A stretch of DNA of 64,000 nucleotides. Source: Ruminococcus sp. Lineage in GTDB: Bacteria > Bacillota > Clostridia > Oscillospirales > Ruminococcaceae. Shown piece by piece: positions 50,770 to 62,091 of the stretch (position 1 is the first letter of the stretch; every line of letters starts with the position of its first letter). The translations under genes and the position numbers were made by a program. The stretch covers positions 9,244 through 73,243 of the forward strand of contig JALCDN010000001.1 in NCBI GenBank assembly GCA_022641595.1, read 5' to 3'. The notes under the pieces are model-generated. The model did no database searches, was not told the origin of the DNA, and saw nothing but the letters and a program-made list of their open reading frames with translations.

Positions 50770-52521
50770 ATGAAATCTTCAGTTATTTCAGGTCAAATTT
50801 CAAATTACAACAATATTTCTTCATATAACGATTTTAAAGATGATAACAAGAACTATATCCTTATTGTTGAGGATAACAAAATAAACAAGGCTATCCTTTC
50901 AAAAATCCTCTCCGTTTATTATAACGTCGTTTCCGCCGAAAACGGCAAGGTCGCTCTCCAGATTCTCCGCAGCGGCAACTTCTCCTTCTCTGCAATTATG
51001 CTTGACCTTATTATGCCGGTTATGGACGGTTTTACATTCTTACACGAAATCTCACTCTTCGATGAATTTAAATCTATCCCTATTATTGTCACTACCGGCA
51101 ATGACGACAGAGAAAATGAAAAAAAAGCTCTCGAACTCGGTGCGTGGGACTTTGTCTCAAAACCATATGACGCCCAGATTATCCTATTCAGACTCAAAAA
51201 TGCTATCGACCGCAGTCAGCTTACTGCTTTCAGTCGCCTTAAATACCTCGCAGAATTCGACAGCCTTACAGGTATCTGCAATAAAGAACACTTCCTATAT
51301 GAAGTCTCAAAACTCGTTAAATCTGAAAAACCAGGCTCTTTTATCTTCGTAAGATTCGATATATACCGCTTCCAGCTCATTAACGCTTTCTTCGGTATCC
51401 ACGAGGGCGACCTCCTCCTTAAATATATTGCCACTTTTCTATCAGATTTCGTCAAATCGTTTACTTCCTCAATCTGTGGTAGAATGAACGCCGATGTCTT
51501 CGCTTTCTGCATCCCCTTCTCAGACGAATCTGCTGTCGTTGATATGGTAAAACATATCAAGAAAATGCTTAAAGCTTATCCTCTTAATTTCGATATCGTC
51601 CCCACTTTCGGCATCTACCTCATAAGCGACCTCTCCGTTCAACCAGACATTATGCTCGACCGTGCTGCTCTTGCCGCTAAATCAATTAAGGGCAACTATA
51701 TGGTCAACTACGCTTTCTATAACGACAAAATGCGTCAGGAAATCACCACTGAACAGGAAATTACCAACGAAATGAACAAGGCTCTCGAAGACCACCAGTT
51801 TACCGTCTACTTCCAGCCTAAATATGACCTGAAAACCCGTATCCCTTGCGGCGCAGAAGCACTTGTCAGATGGATTCATCCGGTTAAAGGCTGTGTTTCT
51901 CCGGGTACTTTTATCCCTGTTTTTGAACGCAACGGCTTCGTCACTAAGCTTGATTACTACGTTTGGGAAAGCGTTTGCATCGCTATCCGCAAATGGCTCG
52001 ACTGCGGCAAATTGGTTCACCCTGTCTCTGTTAACGTCTCAAGAGTCAACCTCTACAACAAAGACCTCATTCGTCAGCTTTGTGAACTCACAGATAAATA
52101 CAATGTGCCAAAAGAACTTATTAACCTCGAAATTACCGAAAGTGCTTACACCGAATCGCCCGAAATCCTTCAGCAGATGACCGAAAAGCTTAAAAACTGC
52201 GGCTTCGTTATTATGATGGACGACTTCGGCAGCGGCTACTCATCACTCAATATTCTCAAGGATATTGATGTCGATGTCCTTAAAATAGATATGCGTTTCC
52301 TATCCGATACCCATAGACAGCAAAGAAGCGAAAATATTATTTCCTCTGTTGTCGGTATGGCTAAAAGTCTCGGCATCTCGACTATTGCCGAAGGCGTTGA
52401 ACGTAAGGAACAGGCAGATTTCCTTGCTTCTATAGGTTGCGACTGCGTTCAGGGTTTCTACTTTGCACGCCCTATGCCTATTGAACAGTATGAACCTTAT
52501 GCTGAAGACATTGCTCTCTGA
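50770..52521 (+). CDS. REC-GGDEF(degenerate)-EAL c-di-GMP phosphodiesterase
   Basis: LIVEDN/MLDLIMP receiver; DSLTG with NADVF replacing GGDEF; AEALVRW, EITES and MDDFGSGYSSL. Confidence 0.88.
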   Translation: MKSSVISGQISNYNNISSYNDFKDDNKNYILIVEDNKINKAILSKILSVYYNVVSAENGKVALQILRSGNFSFSAIMLDLIMPVMDGFTFLHEISLFDEFKSIPIIVTTGNDDRENEKKALELGAWDFVSKPYDAQIILFRLKNAIDRSQLTAFSRLKYLAEFDSLTGICNKEHFLYEVSKLVKSEKPGSFIFVRFDIYRFQLINAFFGIHEGDLLLKYIATFLSDFVKSFTSSICGRMNADVFAFCIPFSDESAVVDMVKHIKKMLKAYPLNFDIVPTFGIYLISDLSVQPDIMLDRAALAAKSIKGNYMVNYAFYNDKMRQEITTEQEITNEMNKALEDHQFTVYFQPKYDLKTRIPCGAEALVRWIHPVKGCVSPGTFIPVFERNGFVTKLDYYVWESVCIAIRKWLDCGKLVHPVSVNVSRVNLYNKDLIRQLCELTDKYNVPKELINLEITESAYTESPEILQQMTEKLKNCGFVIMMDDFGSGYSSLNILKDIDVDVLKIDMRFLSDTHRQQRSENIISSVVGMAKSLGISTIAEGVERKEQADFLASIGCDCVQGFYFARPMPIEQYEPYAEDIAL

Positions 52522-52577
52522 TTAGGTTTTCAACTGTTCTATCACTTTATTTTGCTTTCTTCTTCTCTTAAAATATG

Positions 52578-52609
52578 AAAAGCGACGGATTTTAAAATCC
52601 GTCGCTTTT
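52578..52609. terminator. Bidirectional terminator
   Basis: Perfect palindrome AAAAGCGACGGATTTTAAAATCCGTCGCTTTT. Confidence 0.88.
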
Positions 52610-52623
52610 TATTATGATTTTTA

Positions 52624-53136
52624 TTACGTTCTCTTGTAATTTGCCCATCTTATCGCATTTCCATGCTTTTTAAGTGACAGCACAAGTATCGTTCCAAGTA
52701 CTCCGCAAGCTATTACCTCACCTGCACCTACTGTTGCCATAAGATATGGTATAGTATGCGTATCGCCGTAAACATTTGCTATTACAAATGGTACTATAAT
52801 TGTATTCGCTGCTATCGGCGGTAGCGGTGCTGTCCAGAACGGTGCTTTTCTCAGCATATATGTTCCTACTGCACCAAGAAGTGTTGCAAAGCTTCCGAAC
52901 ACTATGTCCCACGGCGCACAGCCTGTAGTAAGATTGGCTGTTATACACCCGATAAAAAGTCCAGGCACGGCTGCTGGTGTGAAGTACGGCAGAACCGTCA
53001 GTATTTCTGACAGTCTTATCTGCACCGCTCCGCTTGCAAGTCCCATTGCGTTTGCGACGTGTGTGAGTACAACATAGAGTGCCGCTATGACCGCACCCTG
53101 TGTTATGAACAATACCTTACTGTTCATTTTCTTCAT
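52624..53136 (-). CDS. queT: QueT family queuosine precursor transporter (ECF S component)
   Basis: AVIAALYVVLT, GAVQIRLSE.LTVLP, GLFIGC..AN and DIVFGSFATL; AAAGGAG supports ATG 53136. Confidence 0.9.
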   Translation of the reverse strand: MKKMNSKVLFITQGAVIAALYVVLTHVANAMGLASGAVQIRLSEILTVLPYFTPAAVPGLFIGCITANLTTGCAPWDIVFGSFATLLGAVGTYMLRKAPFWTAPLPPIAANTIIVPFVIANVYGDTHTIPYLMATVGAGEVIACGVLGTILVLSLKKHGNAIRWANYKRT

Positions 53137-53145
53137 ATTAAATTT

Positions 53146-53388
53146 CTCCTTTAGTTTTGTTATGCACTTAGAAATTGCTCCAATATAATTATTAGTGCAT
53201 CTTTTCGACAAATTTTCATTCTGAACTTATTCAGAAGCCCTTACAATACTAAAATATTTCTTCGGGTTTTCTCCTTGTCAGCATAAAAATAATGCTCAAA
53301 AATCTACACGCAAATTCTATTAGGACAAATTCTTAAAATCGCTGTTCTGCGATAATTAAGTGCAAGCGAGGAAGGTCTCGAACTCGCT
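53146..53388 (-). ncRNA. preQ1 class I riboswitch with large inserted domain
   Basis: P1 AGCGAG/CUCGCU with loop UUCGAGACCUUC; A-rich tail UAACAAAACUA abutting the SD; 8-bp stem brackets the insert; upstream of queT. Confidence 0.72.
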
Positions 53389-53470
53389 ATAACATATATT
53401 CATAAACGGAAATCTTGCGATTTCCGTATTATGTCATATTAATGCCTGCTGTAGAAAGCCTGATATTATA

Positions 53471-55036
<1,566 letters not shown>

Positions 55037-55313
55037 TCAATCATAAAAAATAATTCCATTCTCTGTTTCTGTTTTGGATAATCTGCACCACTTTATACTC
55101 TCTGTTATATTTTCCCACATTTCTCCATTCCCTTCTTAACTCGCTTTTTTTCGTTACACCCATGTTTGTAATTTCACTCTTGCATTTACTCAAATTTGTG
55201 GTATAATATTATTTATGGAGTCTTCTTTTTAACTTCTCTTATACTTTAAGACCCCGTCTGCTGCTTTTTCGGCCGCTTACATCTCTCTTAAATAAGGAGG
55301 CTGTTTCTAATTA

Positions 55314-55973
55314 ATGAAAAGAATTACTGTCGTTACTGGTCACTATGGCTCGGGTAAAACCAACCTATCTGTTAACCTCGCTATAAACCTCGCTCAGGAA
55401 GGCAAACAGGTTACTGTCGTTGACCTCGATATCGTTAATCCTTATTTCCGTACCGCCGACTTCAAACAGCTTTTTCAGCAAAACGGCATCAAACTCATCG
55501 CCCCTGACTACGCAAACTCCAATCTCGATATCCCTTCCCTTAACTTCGACGTCGAACAACTCGCTGCCGAAAAGGGTTTCCTCATTATCGACGTTGGCGG
55601 CGATGACGCCGGAGCTTCCGCTCTCGGTCGCTTCTCTGCCGCTCTCAATAGCTACGGCGATGAACTCGATATGCTATATGTCGTAAACTGCAAACGCTAT
55701 CTCACTACTTCCCCTGACCAAGCTCTCGCTCTTATGTACGACATCGAAGCCGCTTCAAGAATGCACCACACCGCTATCGTAAATAACTCTAACCTCGGTT
55801 CGGAAACTACTCCGGCTATCCTCGAGGATTCCCTCAGTTTCGCTTCCGAAATCGCTCAGAAGGCTAACCTCCCTCTGATGTTCAACACCTGCCCCGAAGA
55901 TCTCGCAGAATTCTTCGAGAATAAAAATATCTTCCCCGTAAAGATTTTCGTTAAACCTTTATGGGAGCAATAA
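55314..55973 (+). CDS. P-loop NTPase (CobQ/MinD/ParA-like) heading the vor operon
   Basis: GHYGSGKTN, DLDIVNPYFR and DVGGD. Confidence 0.8.
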   Translation: MKRITVVTGHYGSGKTNLSVNLAINLAQEGKQVTVVDLDIVNPYFRTADFKQLFQQNGIKLIAPDYANSNLDIPSLNFDVEQLAAEKGFLIIDVGGDDAGASALGRFSAALNSYGDELDMLYVVNCKRYLTTSPDQALALMYDIEAASRMHHTAIVNNSNLGSETTPAILEDSLSFASEIAQKANLPLMFNTCPEDLAEFFENKNIFPVKIFVKPLWEQ

Positions 55974-55995
55974 CTTTGAAAGGAGCTGCCGCTGT

Positions 55996-56202
55996 ATGAT
56001 CAAAATGAACGTCATATCTGAACGCTGCAAAGGCTGCGGTCTTTGTACTACCGCCTGCCCTAAGAAAATCGTTCATATCCAAAAAGATAAACGTAACAAA
56101 AAAGGCTACTTCTACGCCGAATGCATCGATCAGGACGCTTGCATAAGCTGCGCTATGTGCGCTACTATCTGCCCTGACTGCGCTATCATTATCGAAAAAT
56201 AA
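55996..56202 (+). CDS. 2x[4Fe-4S] ferredoxin, oxidoreductase delta subunit
   Basis: CKGCGLCTTACP and CISCAMCATICP. Confidence 0.9.
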   Translation: MIKMNVISERCKGCGLCTTACPKKIVHIQKDKRNKKGYFYAECIDQDACISCAMCATICPDCAIIIEK

Positions 56203-56226
56203 TTTCCCGAAAGGAGCTGTTTCACT

Positions 56227-57285
56227 TTGGAAAGAAACTTGATGAAAGGTAACGAAGCCCTCGCTGAAGCCGCTATAAGAGCCGGCTGTAAGTGCTTCTT
56301 CGGTTACCCTATTACACCTCAGACTGAACTCGCTGCTTATATGGCTAAACGTATGAACAAAGCCGGCGGCGTCTTCCTTCAGGCTGAATCCGAAATCGCT
56401 GCAATTAATATGGTCCTCGGCGCTACTTCTACCGGCGTCCGTGCTATGACTTCTTCTTCTTCCCCGGGAATCTCCCTTAAATCAGAGGGTATCTCCTATA
56501 TCGCCGGTTCTGACCTTCCGGCTGTTATTATCAACGTTCAGAGAGGCGGCCCAGGTCTCGGTGGCATTCAGCCTTCTCAGGCTGACTACTGGCAGGCTAC
56601 TAAAGGTCTCGGTCACGGTGACTTCCAGCTTATCGTCTATGCTCCGGCTTCTGTTCAGGAAATGGTCGATATGGTCGTCAAGGCTTTCAATAAGGCTGAC
56701 GAATACCGTATGCCTGCTATGATCCTCGCTGACGGTCTGCTCGGTCAGATGATGGAACCTGTTTCATTCCCTGAAATCTCAGACGCTCAGCCTGACAAGT
56801 CTTCTTGGGTTGCAAACGGTCACAACAATAAAAGAGAACACCATATCATCAATTCCCTCTACATTCAGGCTCAGGATCTCGAAGACAAAATCAAAGAAAG
56901 ATTCCAGAGATACGAAATAATTAAACAGTCAGAAACAGACGCCGAACTTTACCTCACTGATGACGCTGATATCCTCGTTTGCGCTTTCGGTGCTACCGCA
57001 AGAGTCGTTAAGTCCGCTGTCAACGACGCAAGAGCTCAGGGTCTCAAGGTCGGTATGTTCAGACCTAAAACCCTCTGGCCTTTCCCTGAAAAAGAACTCA
57101 ATAAGGCTGCTGCTTCCGCTTCTAAGCTCCTTTGCGTTGAAATGTCAATGGGTCAGATGATCGATGATGTAAAACTCGCTATCAACTGCTCAAAGCCTGT
57201 TGATTTCTTCGGCAGAACCGGCGGCGTTATCCCTACTCCTGCCGAGGTTCTCGACAAAATTAAAGCTATGGGAGGTAACAACTAA
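56227..57285 (+). CDS. vorB: 2-oxoacid (2-ketoisovalerate-type):ferredoxin oxidoreductase alpha subunit
   Basis: KGNEALAEAA, GYPITPQ, QAESEIAA and RGGPGLG. Confidence 0.88.
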   Translation: MERNLMKGNEALAEAAIRAGCKCFFGYPITPQTELAAYMAKRMNKAGGVFLQAESEIAAINMVLGATSTGVRAMTSSSSPGISLKSEGISYIAGSDLPAVIINVQRGGPGLGGIQPSQADYWQATKGLGHGDFQLIVYAPASVQEMVDMVVKAFNKADEYRMPAMILADGLLGQMMEPVSFPEISDAQPDKSSWVANGHNNKREHHIINSLYIQAQDLEDKIKERFQRYEIIKQSETDAELYLTDDADILVCAFGATARVVKSAVNDARAQGLKVGMFRPKTLWPFPEKELNKAAASASKLLCVEMSMGQMIDDVKLAINCSKPVDFFGRTGGVIPTPAEVLDKIKAMGGNN

Positions 57286-58040
57286 TGGCTGTTGTTTTTC
57301 AAAGACCTAAGTCCCTTTGCGACGTCCCTCTGCATTACTGCCCCGGCTGTACTCACGGTATCGTTCACCGTCTCGTTGCTGAGGTTATCGACGAAATGGG
57401 CATCGAGGGCGATACTATCGGCGTTTGCCCTGTAGGCTGCTCCGTTTTCGCTTACGACTACTTCAACTGCGATATGATTGAAGCCCCTCACGGCAGAGCT
57501 CCGGCTGTCGCTACCGGCGTTAAACGCTCTAACCCGGACAAGTTCGTCTTCACTTATCAGGGCGATGGCGACCTCGCTGCAATCGGTACTGCTGAAACCG
57601 TTCACGTCGCTGCAAGAGGCGAAAATATCGTCGTTATCTTCATTAATAACACTATCTACGGTATGACAGGCGGTCAGATGGCTCCTACTACTTTACCGGG
57701 TCAGGTTACTCAGACAACTCCTTTCGGTCGTGACCCTAAGCTTGCAGGCTACCCGGTTCGTGTATGCGAAATGCTCGCTACTATGACCGGTACTGCTCTT
57801 GCTCAGAGAGTCGCTGTCGACACTGTTCCTCATATCAGAGATACCAAGAAAGCTATCAGAAAAGCTTTCGAAAATCAGAAAAATAACAAGGGTCTTTCTA
57901 TCGTTGAAGTCCTCTCTACTTGCCCTACAAACTGGGGTCTGTCTCCTCTTGAGGCTATAAAGAGACTTCAGGACGAAATGATTCCTTATTACCCTCTCGG
58001 CGTTTACAAGGATATCACTGCTGACGGAGGTGAAAAGTAA
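57285..58040 (+). CDS. 2-oxoacid:ferredoxin oxidoreductase TPP-binding beta subunit
   Basis: HYCPGC, YQGDGD, NN.IYGMTGGQ and STCPTNW. Confidence 0.9.
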   Translation: MAVVFQRPKSLCDVPLHYCPGCTHGIVHRLVAEVIDEMGIEGDTIGVCPVGCSVFAYDYFNCDMIEAPHGRAPAVATGVKRSNPDKFVFTYQGDGDLAAIGTAETVHVAARGENIVVIFINNTIYGMTGGQMAPTTLPGQVTQTTPFGRDPKLAGYPVRVCEMLATMTGTALAQRVAVDTVPHIRDTKKAIRKAFENQKNNKGLSIVEVLSTCPTNWGLSPLEAIKRLQDEMIPYYPLGVYKDITADGGEK

Positions 58041-58570
58041 TGACTACTGAAATTCTTCTCGCCGGCTTTGGTGGACAAGGTATCCTCTTTGCTGGAAAAA
58101 TCCTCGCCTATGCTGGTCTTATGGACAACAAGGAGCTTTCATGGCTCCCTTCATACGGCCCTGAAATGAGAGGCGGCACCTGCAACTGCTCAGTTTGTAT
58201 CTCGGACAAGCCTGTCGGCTCTCCTCTCGTACTTACTCCTGACGTCCTCATAGCTATGAATCAGCCTTCCTTCGACAAGTTCATCGGCTCTGTAAGACCT
58301 GGCGGCAAAGTCTTCATCGACAGCACTCTCGTTGATTCAAAATCTTCAAGAACTGACATCGAATGCTTCTACGTTCCTTCTTCTGAACTCGCTGAAACTC
58401 AGAACCTTAAAGGCGGTTCAAATATTATCCTCCTTGGCAAGGTTATCAAGGAAACTAAGCTTTTCTCTTTCGAAACAATGAAAGCTGCAATCGAAAAGGT
58501 AGTTCCTCCTAAAAAAGCCGCCCTTATCGCTAACAACTTCAAAGCTATCGAGCTTGGTATGAATTCCTGA
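58040..58570 (+). CDS. 2-oxoacid:ferredoxin oxidoreductase gamma subunit
   Basis: AGFGGQG and PSYGPEMRGG. Confidence 0.9.
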   Translation: MTTEILLAGFGGQGILFAGKILAYAGLMDNKELSWLPSYGPEMRGGTCNCSVCISDKPVGSPLVLTPDVLIAMNQPSFDKFIGSVRPGGKVFIDSTLVDSKSSRTDIECFYVPSSELAETQNLKGGSNIILLGKVIKETKLFSFETMKAAIEKVVPPKKAALIANNFKAIELGMNS

Positions 58571-58589
58571 TTCTTCTTTAAATATAATT

Positions 58590-58626
58590 AAGGCTGACTC
58601 ATCTTTCACGATGCGTCAGCCTTTTT
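58590..58626 (+). terminator. Terminator after vor operon
   Basis: AAGGCTGAC..CATC / GATG..GTCAGCCTT then T tract. Confidence 0.8.
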
Positions 58627-58677
58627 ATTTTACTTTTTATTTTAAGGGTACAACTTCATTTACTATGTGTATACACC

Positions 58678-59361
58678 CTAATTTCTATCTTTTGGTATCT
58701 TCGCTATTACTCTTGCTGCAAAATTATTAAAGTTCTGCGTCTGCATTATAACTCGTCCCGGCCCTGTAAGTCGTGTAATAAACATTCCATCACCGCCAAA
58801 CATTACATTGCCAAGCCCATTTACCATTTCTACGTTATATGTTATGCTTGGGTCAAACGCAACAAGATTATCACTGCTAACCCTTATCGTTTCCTTTGCC
58901 GCAAGCGTCTTTTCTATTTTATCCCCGAATATCTGTAAAAATGCCATTCCTTTAATTCCTACAATCTTTTCAAGTATAAATCCGCTTCCGCCAAGCATTC
59001 CTGCTACAACGCTGCCTACATACTCAACTTTTAAATTTACTGTTTCCTCTGCACACAAAAATGCTCCCTTCTGACATATTATACTGCCATTCTTCATATC
59101 AAGTTCCACTATCGACCCCGGAAACGATGAACCAAATGTTATTTCCGTATTGTCACTGTCAGATTTATATATTGTCAGAAATGCAGGTTCATTTGCCAAT
59201 GTCCTCTCAAGTCCTGCAGGCAATCCTCCCATTGTACTGGTGGTCATGCTTATTCCGCCCATTCGCCACACCATTGCTCCCGGCTTTGAATACATTATAT
59301 CCCCACGTCTCATTTTAACTGCTACTGCCGGAACGGTCTGACCGATTATCTCATATTCCAT
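58678..59361 (-). CDS. AIM24/TIGR00266 family protein
   Basis: MEYEIIG, PGAM, FPGSI, QKGAFL and LTGPGRV..QT. Confidence 0.85.
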   Translation of the reverse strand: MEYEIIGQTVPAVAVKMRRGDIMYSKPGAMVWRMGGISMTTSTMGGLPAGLERTLANEPAFLTIYKSDSDNTEITFGSSFPGSIVELDMKNGSIICQKGAFLCAEETVNLKVEYVGSVVAGMLGGSGFILEKIVGIKGMAFLQIFGDKIEKTLAAKETIRVSSDNLVAFDPSITYNVEMVNGLGNVMFGGDGMFITRLTGPGRVIMQTQNFNNFAARVIAKIPKDRN

Positions 59362-59581
59362 TTTTTCTTCTTTCCGCTGCAATTTACAGCTGCTTGACTT
59401 TATAAATACCATTTGGGTACACCTTTATAAATAATATACCAAATCTTTTTCAGTTTGTCAACTCATTCCTTTGCTCTATTCTCACTTAATGACACCCTTA
59501 TATTGAAAATCTACTTTCACTATTGACCTTTTTGACAAAATATGTTACTATTGTATCAGCCTTTATAAAATTACATTATTT

Positions 59582-59740
59582 AGGGTACCTCTAAAAACTC
59601 GTTTGATTAAGAAAAAATCAGATAGGTACGGCAGCTGCAAGGAAACCTTCCGAAAATGTGCTGTCGCACTATGAGGGAGGTTGACACAGTAGATGCCGTG
59701 TATAGCTGTTTTTCTCAAAAGTAGTTTTTAGAGATGCCCT
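59582..59740. mobile_element. MITE-like ~160-bp repeat, copy 3 (best-preserved termini)
   Basis: AGGGTACCTCTAAAAACT...AGTTTTTAGAGATGCCCT. Confidence 0.82.
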
Positions 59741-59793
59741 TTATATTTTACTTCAGCTTTTGCTGTTTTAATACGGGAGAATTGATTTTCATT

Positions 59794-61167
59794 ATGTCTA
59801 AACTTAAATTCTATTTCAGCGTCATCGCTGCCAAAACTGCCGCTAAGCTTCTGCGGCTCCTTCATATGAACGCTACTAATTTTCCAGGTCAGGTAGGTCT
59901 TGTATTATGCCCAAACCTGCTCTCTTACTTCAAAATGCCACAAACCGTCATTGCTGTTACAGGTACTAACGGCAAAACTACTGTCTCAAATATGTCTGCC
60001 GATATCCTCAGAAAAAACGGCTTCCCCGACATCGTCTCCAACAGCTACGGCGGTAATGTTGACACCGGTATCGCTTCCGTTTTACTCACTAACTGCCGCC
60101 TTGACGGCTCTTTTAACTCAAATTCTGCTTTCTTTGAAGTCGACGAACGCAGTGCTCCTCACATCTTCCCTTTCATTAAACCAGATTACATCGTCTGCAC
60201 CAACCTTCAGCGTGACTCAATGAAACGTAACGCTCACACCGACTTCATATTCAATATTCTTAACAGCTATATCCCCGAAAAATCTACCCTTATCCTCAAC
60301 AGCGATGACCTTATCAGCTCTCGCTTAGGCTCAGACAAAAATAAAAAAGTTTTCTTCGGTCTCGAAAAACTCCCAGACGAGATTCCATCCGATGACAGCA
60401 TCATCTGCGATATCGTCAACTGCCCGATTTGCGGCTCAGCTCTGAACTTCTCACTTAAACACTACAACCACATAGGTCGTGCAGTATGCCCGTCATGCGG
60501 TTTCACCAACCCTAAGCCCAATTTCGACGGTGTTAACGTTGACCGTGAGTCTCACGCTCTTACCGTTCTTCACGATGACTCCAAAGAAATCTACACTCTG
60601 CCTGCTGACCGTATTACTGACATCTACAACGTTCTCGCTGCTGTCACTCTTACACGCACTGTCGGTCTGTCTCAATCTCAGGTAAGCTCCGCTCTGAATC
60701 AGACTAAAATAGTTAAGTCAAGATTCGACTCCTTTAAAATCGGCTCTACTGACGTAATTATTTCTCTCGCCAAAGGTCAGAACCCTGTCGCCTGTTCGGG
60801 CGTATGCAACTTCATTCGCCACGAAAATGGTCAGAAAGCTGTCATTATGATTCTTGAGGACTTCTACGATGCTAAACGTACCTCAGAAAACCTCGCATGG
60901 ACTTACGAAACAGACTTTGAATTCCTTAAAGGCGATGATATATCTCAGATTGTCGTCGGCGGCAAACGCTGCTACGATTACCTCGTTCGCTTACTTATTG
61001 CCGGCATCGACAAAAGCAAAATCTTCTGCTGCGTTAACGAAACTGACACTGTAAGCCTGCTTAAACCTCAGCTATTTAACAAGCTGATTATTATTTATGA
61101 CCTGTTTAACGTCAAATCCCTCGATGCTATAAAATCTCAGCTCGGCTCTGCCCTCGAAAGGAACTAA
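59794..61167 (+). CDS. murT: MurT-like Mur ligase (DUF1727) with C4 zinc finger
   Basis: VTGTNGKTT, FEVDE, LILNSDD, CPICG...CPSCG; C-terminal W.Y..DFE. Confidence 0.8.
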   Translation: MSKLKFYFSVIAAKTAAKLLRLLHMNATNFPGQVGLVLCPNLLSYFKMPQTVIAVTGTNGKTTVSNMSADILRKNGFPDIVSNSYGGNVDTGIASVLLTNCRLDGSFNSNSAFFEVDERSAPHIFPFIKPDYIVCTNLQRDSMKRNAHTDFIFNILNSYIPEKSTLILNSDDLISSRLGSDKNKKVFFGLEKLPDEIPSDDSIICDIVNCPICGSALNFSLKHYNHIGRAVCPSCGFTNPKPNFDGVNVDRESHALTVLHDDSKEIYTLPADRITDIYNVLAAVTLTRTVGLSQSQVSSALNQTKIVKSRFDSFKIGSTDVIISLAKGQNPVACSGVCNFIRHENGQKAVIMILEDFYDAKRTSENLAWTYETDFEFLKGDDISQIVVGGKRCYDYLVRLLIAGIDKSKIFCCVNETDTVSLLKPQLFNKLIIIYDLFNVKSLDAIKSQLGSALERN

Positions 61168-61168
61168 T

Positions 61169-61891
61169 ATGAATAAAATTATTGTCGAAATTCTTTTCCC
61201 CGAAGTCTGCAACCTCTTCGGCGATATCGGTAACATAAATTACCTTAAAAAATGCCTCCCTGACGCCACTTTTATCTCAACTCCTCTCAACGGTGTTCCT
61301 TTCTTTGCTCAAAACTCAGTAAACCTTATCTACATCGGTGCTATGACAGAAAAAACTCAGTCCGATGTAGTTAAACGCCTTTCCCCTTACAAGCAGCGTC
61401 TGGCTCAGCTTATCGCTGACGGCACGCCTTTCCTCGCTACAGGCAACGCACTCGAAGTTTTCGGCAAGAATATTTCAGACTCCTCCGGCGAAACCATTAA
61501 CTGTCTCGGTCTTATCGGCATTTCTGCCAAACGTGACCTTTTACACAGATTCAGCGGTCTGCTGCTCGGAGAATTTAACGACTCAGAAATCGTCGGCTTC
61601 AGAGCTCAATTCTCTGTCGCATATTCTGTGGATTCAGACACTACCCCTTTTATTACCGTCAAAAAAGGCAAACCTATGAACCACGATGTAAACTACGAAG
61701 GCGTTCGCATAAACAACTTCTTCGGCACTTATTTGCTCGGTCCGTTCCTCGTCGTAAACCCTTTCTTCACTAAATTCTTCCTCAAACTCGTTTGCGGTTC
61801 GGACGTCCCTCTCGCTTTCGAAAGCGAAGTCATTCACGCCTACAACGAACGTATCACCGACTTCAAACGCCCTCAGGTAAAAATTAAATAA
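61169..61891 (+). CDS. gatD: GatD/CobQ-like glutamine amidotransferase-fold protein lacking catalytic Cys/His
   Basis: NLFGDIGN, DG.P, IVGF, EG...N..GTYL.GP; coupled to murT. Confidence 0.78.
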   Translation: MNKIIVEILFPEVCNLFGDIGNINYLKKCLPDATFISTPLNGVPFFAQNSVNLIYIGAMTEKTQSDVVKRLSPYKQRLAQLIADGTPFLATGNALEVFGKNISDSSGETINCLGLIGISAKRDLLHRFSGLLLGEFNDSEIVGFRAQFSVAYSVDSDTTPFITVKKGKPMNHDVNYEGVRINNFFGTYLLGPFLVVNPFFTKFFLKLVCGSDVPLAFESEVIHAYNERITDFKRPQVKIK

Positions 61892-61902
61892 CAAATTTTT
61901 TA

Positions 61903-61934
61903 GCCGACTGTTTTTTATTTCAGTCGGCATTTTT
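61903..61934 (+). terminator. Terminator after gatD
   Basis: GCCGACTG / CAGTCGGC then ATTTTT. Confidence 0.7.
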
Positions 61935-61993
61935 ATTTTCACATACTTATTTTGCTTTTTTACTGCTCTTTTATGACTTATGCACAATAAGTG

Positions 61994-62022
61994 TTGACAT
62001 TTGCACTATGAATCAGTATAAT
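61994..62022 (+). promoter_or_regulatory. Consensus sigma-A promoter
   Basis: TTGACA-17-TATAAT. Confidence 0.8.
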
Positions 62023-62091
62023 AGTAATTGGTCTTAAACAAAATATAGAAATTTTATGAATTTTTTGATTTTTTGAAGGGGGTCATATTTT

